A stretch of DNA of 24,000 nucleotides from Comamonas odontotermitis (GTDB taxonomy: Bacteria > Pseudomonadota > Gammaproteobacteria > Burkholderiales > Burkholderiaceae_C), in NCBI RefSeq assembly GCF_042748965.1, contig NZ_JBHYRT010000003.1, one strand, 5' to 3'. Position 1 is the first letter of the stretch. Every line of letters starts with the position of its first letter. Of this stretch, positions 1-6,300 are shown one piece after another. The notes under the pieces were generated by a model. It ran no database searches, had not been told where the DNA came from, and saw only the letters and a program-made list of their open reading frames with translations. The position numbers and the translations under genes are program-made.

Positions 1-522
1 GAAGGCGAAGCCGCAGAGGCGCTGGACGAGCTGCGCCAGCAGGGGCTGGCAGTGCAGATCAGCGGCAGCCGAGCCACCCGCTGGGAACACAACTTTCCGC
101 GCGGTGTGGGTGTGCCCGATCAATCGGCGGTGCTGCTGTCGCTTCTCATGTTGCGCGGCCCGCAGACTGCCGGGGAGCTGCGTATCAATTCCGAGCGCTG
201 GCACCGCTTTGCTGATATTTCTTCGGTCGAGGCCTTTCTGGAGGAACTGCGCGAGCGCAGCGAAGAGAAAGGCGGCCCACTGGTGCTGCAACTGCCACGC
301 GCTGCAGGCGCGCGCGAGCAGCGCTGGGCACATCTGCTGTGCGGCCCCGTTGATGTGGCAGCACTGCAAAGTGCAACCGGCAGTGCGCCTGTATCCGCCG
401 GCCTGCAGCACCGTGTGGAATCCCTGGAGACGGAAGTTGCCCAGCTGCGTGCCACGGTGCAGCAACTGTGCGATGCGCTGGGCGTGGAGAGCCCCCCGCA
501 ACGCGCGGGCGACGAGGCCTGA
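1..522 (+). CDS. yceH: YceH/DUF480 (UPF0502) family protein, 5-prime truncated by window edge
   Basis: Frame 1 is open from base 1 to the TGA at 520-522. The translation (...[17 protein letters not shown]...[18 protein letters not shown]...[21 protein letters not shown]..., with a C-terminal heptad-like [15 protein letters not shown]) follows the order of conserved blocks in E. coli YceH as I recall it. The N-terminus lies upstream of the window. Confidence 0.75.
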   Translation, partial: EGEAAEALDELRQQGLAVQISGSRATRWEHNFPRGVGVPDQSAVLLSLLMLRGPQTAGELRINSERWHRFADISSVEAFLEELRERSEEKGGPLVLQLPRAAGAREQRWAHLLCGPVDVAALQSATGSAPVSAGLQHRVESLETEVAQLRATVQQLCDALGVESPPQRAGDEA

Positions 523-634
523 ATGCTCTATCGACGGTAAGACAGCGCAAAGCCGAAGAAGCCGCTCATGAAGCCAGACTGGTACACAATGGGCGGTTGA
601 AAATCACCACGGTGGGTGTGCACAAAGAGGTTGC

Positions 635-1579
635 ATGCCAGCCAATTCACTTGAAGATGCCATGAAGCCATTACACCAGCCAGGAATCCTGCAAGATCTG
701 CCAGCGGTCAGCCGCTATCAATTTTGGAACGTGTCCGGTGACGCGGTAGCCGTGCGCAAGGCGCTTGGCCAATTGCAGAACTGGGCCGATGGCGTGAATG
801 CCGTGGTGGCCCTGGGCGAGCCACTGGCCCAATTGCTGGGCGTGCAGGTGCCGGGGCTGCGCAACTTTCCTTCCATCAAGGGGCCCAAGGGCGAGTTGCC
901 GCTGACGCCGCACGCGCTGTGCCTGTGGCTGCGTGGCGCCGAGCAGGGCGACTTGCTCAAGGCGTCGCGCGAGGCGGCTGCTTTTCTGGCGCCTGCATTC
1001 ACCTGCGTGCAGGTGCTCGACTGCTTCCGCCACGGATGGAATGGCAAGGATGTGGTGCGCGACCTGACGGGCTATGAAGACGGCACCGAAAACCCGAAGG
1101 ATGGCGAAGCCGTGCACGCGGCCATTGCCGATGGCATGGGGCAGGGGCTGGATGGCGGCAGCTACTTTGCGGTGCAGGAATGGCTGCACGACCAGGAGGC
1201 CTTTGCTCGCATGACGGCCCTGCAGAAGGATCACATGATTGGTCGCCGCCTGTCGGACAACGAGGAGCTAGAAGATGCGCCCGAGTCCGCCCACGTCAAG
1301 CGCACCGCACAGGAGAGCTTCACGCCCGAAGCGTTCATTTTGCGGCGCAACATGCCCTGGTGGCGAGTCAAGGCGGATGGCAGCGACGAGATCGGCACCA
1401 TCTTTGCGGGCTTTGGCCGCAGTTTCTACGCTTTTGAGGTGCAGATGCGCCGCATGGCGGGCGAGGAGGACGGCATTGTCGATGGCTTGTTCCAGATGTC
1501 CAATCCGGTGAAGAATTCGTACTACTGGTGCCCGCCCATGAAGGATGGCAAGTTGGACCTGCGCGCGCTGGGCCTGTAA
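635..1579 (+). CDS. DyP-type (dye-decolorizing) haem peroxidase, cytoplasmic YfeX/B-type-like
   Basis: 314-aa ORF with AGAGG 4 nt upstream of the ATG at 635; an alternative ATG lies at 662. It contains the DyP hallmark GxxDG block (LTGYEDGTENP) and the C-terminal IFAGFGRS...F region typical of the family. There is no N-terminal signal peptide. Confidence 0.8.
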   Translation: MPANSLEDAMKPLHQPGILQDLPAVSRYQFWNVSGDAVAVRKALGQLQNWADGVNAVVALGEPLAQLLGVQVPGLRNFPSIKGPKGELPLTPHALCLWLRGAEQGDLLKASREAAAFLAPAFTCVQVLDCFRHGWNGKDVVRDLTGYEDGTENPKDGEAVHAAIADGMGQGLDGGSYFAVQEWLHDQEAFARMTALQKDHMIGRRLSDNEELEDAPESAHVKRTAQESFTPEAFILRRNMPWWRVKADGSDEIGTIFAGFGRSFYAFEVQMRRMAGEEDGIVDGLFQMSNPVKNSYYWCPPMKDGKLDLRALGL

Positions 1580-1625
1580 GCGCCAGACAATATGCGTCGG
1601 CCATCACGGCCAAGATATCTAAATT

Positions 1626-1676
1626 AAAAAAATGATAGCTGCCAGCGCCCTATCAATGGGCGCTGGCAGCTTTTTT
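1626..1676. terminator. Bidirectional rho-independent terminator between the convergent peroxidase gene and paaN
   Basis: A perfect 14-bp stem, AGCTGCCAGCGCCC (1637-1650) with GGGCGCTGGCAGCT (1658-1671), encloses a 7-nt loop. It is followed by a T6 run (1671-1676) and preceded by an A7 run (1626-1632). Confidence 0.85.
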
Positions 1677-1692
1677 CATCGATAGACGTGCG

Positions 1693-3348
1693 TTACACGT
1701 GGGCGCGGCGTTGCACCACCACAAACCGGTCTGCCACAAAGGCCAGGTTGGTGTAGCTGGCATTGGCAGCCGGATTGCCGCCGGTGGCATGGAAATCAGA
1801 GAACGCCGCGGATTGATTGACGTAAATGCCCTGTGTCAGATTGATGGACAGCGCCACCCTGCCGCGCAGGCTGACCCGTACGGCCTGATCGATATAGGCC
1901 GGGTTCTGCGAGTACACGCCCAGCGTGAGCGCGCCATGCTGCTGCAGGGTGTTCTGCGCAACGGACAGGGCTGCCGCACCATCCTTGACCGCCACCAGGT
2001 ACGCCACCGGGCCAAAGCATTCCTGGTTGTAGATGGCGCCGTCGGCCTCGGTCAGCGCAACCAGTTGCGGCGTCTGCAACACCGCTTGCGGAAACTGCGG
2101 ATGTGCTATCTTTTGTGAAGCGTGTACCACGCGGCCCACTCGTGCAGAGGCCGCAATTCGCTCGGATGTGGCAGGCGATGCAATCGCCCCCAGCACCGCA
2201 GTGGCCACGCGCGGATCGTCCAGCAGGGTGGCCAGCGCCGCGCCCAGATCCCGGCCGATCTGGTCAAAGCTCTTGTGCCCTTCGTTGGTGGCGATGCCGT
2301 CCTGCGGAATCAGGATGTTCTGCGTGGTGGTGCACATCTGCCCGCTGTACAGCGCCAGCGTGAAGGCGAGGTTCTTTATGGTGGCCGCGTAATCGCTGGC
2401 CGATTCGAGGATCACGGTGTTGACGCCTGCCATCTCGGCATACAGGCGCGCCTGCTTGGCATTGCTCTGCAGCCAGTTGCCAAAGGCGGTGCTGCCGGTA
2501 AAGTCGATCAGTGCCACCGCAGGATTGGTTGCGAGCGCCTGCGTGTCTTCGTTATGGGGGCACAGGCCCAGCTGCACCACATTGGGGTCAAGGCCTTGCT
2601 CGCGCAGCACATCACGCAGAATCGCAATCGTGATTGCCATGGGCAGCACGGCATTGGGGTGCGGCTTGACGATGACCGGGTTGCCGGTCGCCAGGCTGGC
2701 GAACAGGCCGGGATAGGTGTTCCAGGTGGGGAAGGTGGCGCAACCCAGCACCAGGCCGATGCCGCGTCCCACCACCTCGAAATGCTTTTGCATGACCAGG
2801 GGCGGATTCTTGCCCTGCGGCTTTTCCCAGTGCGCGGATGCAGGAATGTCGGCTTGCGCCATCCATGCATAGGCAATGGCTTCGAGTGCGCGGTCCTGCG
2901 CATGAGGCCCTCCCGCCTGGAAGGCCATCATCGGGCCCTGGCCACTGGTCAGCATGACGGCGTGGGTGATCTCGTGCGTGCGCTGGTGGATGCGGGTGAG
3001 CGCCTCCAGCAGCAGGCCGACACGGCCTTGCGCGCCCAGCGCTTGCCAGCCGGGCTCCGCTGCCTGTGCTGCAGCCACCAGATCTGCTGGTGCGCAATCG
3101 GGGTAGCGCACATTCAAAGCCACGCCGTAGGGCGATTGCTCGGTCGCCACCCAGCCGCGTGTTGCGGTCTGCTCGAGCGGAAAGTCGCTGTTGAAATATG
3201 CCTGGGCGGCAGCCTGACCGTCGGCCTGCGCCGTTTCGCCATACACCTTGGGTGAGGGGTTTTCGGGAAAGGCGCTCCAGTATTCGCGGGTCTTGGCGGC
3301 GCGGACGGCTTGGTCCAGCAAGGCTTGGTGCTTGTCAAACAAGGTCAT
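1693..3348 (-). CDS. paaN: Phenylacetic acid degradation protein PaaN (stand-alone ring-opening aldehyde dehydrogenase, no MaoC hydratase domain)
   Basis: The ORF-track ORF is 1693..3420, but the best start is the ATG at 3348 (MTLFDKHQALLDQAVRAAKTREYWSAFPENPSPKVYGE...), preceded by GGAGAC. The protein has an ALDH fold (VIVKPHP, FTGS, QMCTT) and a PaaN-type N-terminus. It is about 551 aa and divergent from paaG. Confidence 0.88.
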   Translation of the reverse strand: MTLFDKHQALLDQAVRAAKTREYWSAFPENPSPKVYGETAQADGQAAAQAYFNSDFPLEQTATRGWVATEQSPYGVALNVRYPDCAPADLVAAAQAAEPGWQALGAQGRVGLLLEALTRIHQRTHEITHAVMLTSGQGPMMAFQAGGPHAQDRALEAIAYAWMAQADIPASAHWEKPQGKNPPLVMQKHFEVVGRGIGLVLGCATFPTWNTYPGLFASLATGNPVIVKPHPNAVLPMAITIAILRDVLREQGLDPNVVQLGLCPHNEDTQALATNPAVALIDFTGSTAFGNWLQSNAKQARLYAEMAGVNTVILESASDYAATIKNLAFTLALYSGQMCTTTQNILIPQDGIATNEGHKSFDQIGRDLGAALATLLDDPRVATAVLGAIASPATSERIAASARVGRVVHASQKIAHPQFPQAVLQTPQLVALTEADGAIYNQECFGPVAYLVAVKDGAAALSVAQNTLQQHGALTLGVYSQNPAYIDQAVRVSLRGRVALSINLTQGIYVNQSAAFSDFHATGGNPAANASYTNLAFVADRFVVVQRRAHV

Positions 3349-3466
3349 GCATGTCTCCGGGTGGGTGGGGGTTGGGTGCGGATGCTGCAATAGACGCCAG
3401 AAAGCCACCGCATGAACCAAGGCAAATTTTTTGGTGACTGCGGGTTTTCTCTGAGGCTTTTATGAC

Positions 3467-3495
3467 TTGCATCAACACCTGAGAGTCAGTATATT
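3467..3495 (+). promoter_or_regulatory. Candidate sigma70 promoter of the paaG operon
   Basis: A -35 TTGCAT (3467-3472) and a -10 TATATT (3490-3495) are separated by an exact 17-bp spacer. They lie in the AT-rich part of the 240-bp divergent intergenic region, immediately upstream of the palindromic operator. Confidence 0.5.
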
Positions 3496-3496
3496 A

Positions 3497-3516
3497 TTTA
3501 CCGAACGGTCGGTCAA
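3497..3516. promoter_or_regulatory. Candidate PaaR (TetR-family) operator
   Basis: The core ACCGAACGGTCGGT (3500-3513) is an imperfect palindrome with 6 of 7 pairs matching, flanked by TTT and AAA. It fits the ACCGnnCGnnCGGT core of the PaaR motif reported for Corynebacterium glutamicum, as I recall it. It sits 5 bp downstream of the predicted -10, over the expected transcription start. Confidence 0.55.
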
Positions 3517-3588
3517 AGAGATTTGCTGAAATTTGACCAGCATCAACGACAAAAGCCAGCCAGGTACCACGTTGTAGAAAGCACGGAC

Positions 3589-4419
3589 ATGCCAGAAGCG
3601 AGCCCAACCACGAATCCATCCGGCGAACCGCTGGTGCTGCAGGAGCGCCGGGGCAGCGTATGCATCATTACGCTCAATCGCTCGCAAGCGCTCAACAGTT
3701 TCACGCAGGCCATGCACCGCGCACTGGCATCTGCGTTGCGGGCAGCGGCTGCCGATGCTGACGTGCGCTGCGTGGTGCTGACTGGAGCCGGGCGTGGTTT
3801 CTGCGCAGGGCAGGATCTGGCCGATGAGGGTGCCGCACCAGCGCCTGCAGGCGAGGAGCCTACGGATTTGAGCGTGCTGATCGAGCGCCATTACCAGCCC
3901 CTGTGCGAGCAGTTGCGCGCCATGCCGGTTCCGGTGATCGCGGCGGTCAATGGCGTGGCGGCTGGCGCGGGCGCCAATATCGCGTTGTGCTGCGACCTGG
4001 TGGTGGCGGCAGAATCGGCCAATTTCATCCAGGCGTTCACCAAGATCGGCTTGCTGCCTGACAGTGGAGGCACTTGGTTGCTGCCGCGCCTGGTGGGGCG
4101 CCAGCGCGCACTGGGCATGGCATTGCTGGGTGACAAGCTGCCCGCAGCCGAGGCAGAGCGCATCGGGTTGATATGGCGCTGTGTGCCGGATACCACCTTT
4201 CTGGCGGAGGTGGAAATCCTTGCCAGCCGCCTTGTCTCCATGCCGACCCAGGCCCTCGTGACCACGCGCCGCGCCATGGATGCGGCGCAGGACCTCGAAT
4301 TTTCCGCATCGCTCGCGCTGGAAGCACGCGAGCAAAAGCGGCTGGGCAGCGCCCACGACTACCTGGAAGGGGTTGCTGCCTTCATGGCCAAGCGCGCACC
4401 CGCTTTCAGTGATCGCTGA
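3589..4419 (+). CDS. paaG: 1,2-epoxyphenylacetyl-CoA isomerase PaaG (crotonase/enoyl-CoA hydratase fold)
   Basis: The ORF-track ORF starts at a TTG at 3523; I prefer the ATG at 3589 (MPEASPTT...). Crotonase motifs are present (VVLTGAGRGFCAGQDL, AAVNGVAAGAGANIALCCD, EGVAAFMAKR), and the gene lies first in the paa operon. Confidence 0.85.
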   Translation: MPEASPTTNPSGEPLVLQERRGSVCIITLNRSQALNSFTQAMHRALASALRAAAADADVRCVVLTGAGRGFCAGQDLADEGAAPAPAGEEPTDLSVLIERHYQPLCEQLRAMPVPVIAAVNGVAAGAGANIALCCDLVVAAESANFIQAFTKIGLLPDSGGTWLLPRLVGRQRALGMALLGDKLPAAEAERIGLIWRCVPDTTFLAEVEILASRLVSMPTQALVTTRRAMDAAQDLEFSASLALEAREQKRLGSAHDYLEGVAAFMAKRAPAFSDR

Positions 4420-4447
4420 TGCACACCTTTCATTCTGGAGATTGCCA

Positions 4448-4906
4448 ATGGATGCCACCATTTCCGCCGCGATGACTTCGCAGCAGCTCGCCGAGCGCGT
4501 GCGCGACGGCATGTTTGCCCGTGACCGTGCTGCGCAGGGGCTGGGCATGCGCGTCACCCACATGGCACCAGGCGAGGCCACCATCGAGATGGTGGTGCGC
4601 AGCGACATGCTCAATGGCTTTGACATCTGCCATGGCGGCTATATCACGACCTTGGGCGATACCGCCTTTGCCTATGCCTGCAACAGCTACAACGAAATGA
4701 CAGTGGCATCGGGCCTGTCGGTGGATTTTGTGGCGCCCGGCAAGCCCGGCGACGTGCTGGTGGCCGAAGCCAGAGAGGTTTCACAGGCAGGCCGTACCGG
4801 CGTGTACGACGTACGGATCTGCAATGGGGCGGGAGAGGTGATCGCCCTGTTCCGGGGGCGTTCATACCGCATGAAGGGCAAGCAGACCGTGCCCGCCCAA
4901 GACTGA
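4448..4906 (+). CDS. paaI: Hydroxyphenylacetyl-CoA thioesterase PaaI (hotdog fold)
   Basis: The start ATG at 4448 is preceded by GGAG. The translation MDATISAAMTSQQLAERVRDGMFARDRAAQGLGM...NGFDICHGGYITTLGDTAF...GRTGVYDVRI is typical of PaaI. The ORF-track N-terminal extension (4280) overlaps the end of paaG and is discarded. Confidence 0.88.
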   Translation: MDATISAAMTSQQLAERVRDGMFARDRAAQGLGMRVTHMAPGEATIEMVVRSDMLNGFDICHGGYITTLGDTAFAYACNSYNEMTVASGLSVDFVAPGKPGDVLVAEAREVSQAGRTGVYDVRICNGAGEVIALFRGRSYRMKGKQTVPAQD

Positions 4907-4933
4907 TTGTCAAGATGCCTAGAGGTTCCCACC

Positions 4934-6250
4934 ATGAATGACCGAGTTTCCCCAGTCAACGTTTTCGACCCCATAGAGACTGCCAGCCGCGACGAAATCG
5001 AGGCCTTGCAGCTGCAGCGCCTGCGCTGGTCGCTGCAGCACGCCTATGAGAACGTGCCGCATTACCGCCAGGCCTTTGATGCCAAAGGCGTGCATCCGTC
5101 GGATCTGAAGAGTCTCAAGGACCTGGCAAAGTTTCCATTCACCACCAAGAAGGAATTGCGCGACAACTACCCCTTCGGGATGTTTGCCGTGCCGCGCAAC
5201 AAGGTGGCGCGCGTGCACGCCTCTAGTGGCACGACAGGAAAGCCGACTGTCGTGGGCTATACGCTCAAGGACATCAATACCTGGGCGGATCTGGTGGCGC
5301 GTTCCATTCGTGCAGCCGGTGGGCGCCAGGGTGACATGGTGCATGTGGCCTATGGCTATGGCCTGTTCACCGGTGGCCTGGGGGCGCATTACGGAGCGGA
5401 ACGCGCTGGCTGCACCGTGGTGCCCATGTCGGGTGGACAGACGGAGAAGCAGGTGCAACTGATCACCGACTTCAAGCCCGACATCATCATGGTGACTCCT
5501 AGCTACATGCAGGTGCTGGTGGAAGAGTTCCAGCGCCAGGGGCTGGACGCTGCCGCCAGCTCGCTCAAGATTGGCATCTTTGGCGCCGAGCCCTGGACCG
5601 AAGCCATGCGCAAGGATATCGAGCACAAGGCGGGTCTGGATGCCGTGGATATCTATGGCTTGTCCGAAGTGATGGGCCCGGGCGTGGCCAGCGAGTGCGT
5701 TGAAACCAAGGACGGCCCGGTCATCTGGGAAGACCATTTCTACCCCGAGATCATCAACCCGGACACCGGCGAAGTGGTGGCCGATGGCGAAGAAGGCGAG
5801 CTGGTCTTCACCTCCCTGTCCAAGGAGGCCATGCCCATCATCCGCTACCGCACACGCGATCTGACACGCCTGCTGCCGCCGACGGCGCGCTCCTTCCGCC
5901 GCATGGGCAAGATCGTGGGCCGCAGCGACGACATGATGATCATCCGTGGCGTCAATGTCTTTCCCACCCAGGTGGAAGAGATCGTGCTGGCGCACCAGAA
6001 GCTCACTGGCGTGTATCAGCTGCATATCAACCGTGAGGGGCTGCTGGACACTGTGGAGGTGCATTGCGAATTGGTGCCCGGGCTGCGCGGCATGGCCGAT
6101 GGCGAGCGCATTGAAATCGCGCAATGGGTGCAGCACCGCATCAAGACGCTGGTGGGCATCTCCACGATGGTGCGGGTGTTCGATCCGGATGGTATCGAGC
6201 GCACGCAGACCGGCAAGGCCCGGCGCGTGTTCGACAAGCGGCCCCGTTGA
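4934..6250 (+). CDS. paaK: Phenylacetate-CoA ligase PaaK
   Basis: The start ATG at 4934 follows AGAGG. The translation MNDRVSPVNVFDPIETASRDEIEALQLQRLRWSLQHAYENVPHYRQ...HASSGTTGKPTVV...YGLSE... shows a PaaK-type N-terminus and the AMP-binding P-loop. Confidence 0.92.
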   Translation: MNDRVSPVNVFDPIETASRDEIEALQLQRLRWSLQHAYENVPHYRQAFDAKGVHPSDLKSLKDLAKFPFTTKKELRDNYPFGMFAVPRNKVARVHASSGTTGKPTVVGYTLKDINTWADLVARSIRAAGGRQGDMVHVAYGYGLFTGGLGAHYGAERAGCTVVPMSGGQTEKQVQLITDFKPDIIMVTPSYMQVLVEEFQRQGLDAAASSLKIGIFGAEPWTEAMRKDIEHKAGLDAVDIYGLSEVMGPGVASECVETKDGPVIWEDHFYPEIINPDTGEVVADGEEGELVFTSLSKEAMPIIRYRTRDLTRLLPPTARSFRRMGKIVGRSDDMMIIRGVNVFPTQVEEIVLAHQKLTGVYQLHINREGLLDTVEVHCELVPGLRGMADGERIEIAQWVQHRIKTLVGISTMVRVFDPDGIERTQTGKARRVFDKRPR

Positions 6251-6300
6251 TGGCCTGACAGACCATTGTTCAACTTGATTCCCTGCTCCAGGCCAACCCC

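Noticed and set aside
3349-3420. N-terminal extensions offered by the ORF track: paaN to 3420, paaG from 3523, paaI from 4280, paaK from 4907, permease from 14591, LivM-LivG from 15631, hpaH to 19304, hpaF to 19771
   Set aside because: The extensions use upstream or non-ATG starts without an RBS, overlap the preceding gene or promoter region, and add residues not seen at the N-termini of these families. Internal ATGs with GGAG-type RBS or ATGA/TGATG coupling give canonical N-termini.
2122-6136. Other long shadow ORFs: 2122..3255 (+), 3472..4626 (-), 4919..6136 (-); likewise 13464..14402 (-), 14222..15121 (-), 17338..18392 (-) and 19810..20889 (+)
   Set aside because: Each lies opposite or out of frame to a gene with clear homology-type signatures (PaaN, PaaG/PaaI, PaaK, the binding protein, the permease, LivF, the LigAB pair). 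Their sequences are compositionally biased and featureless. They are treated as GC-driven artefacts.
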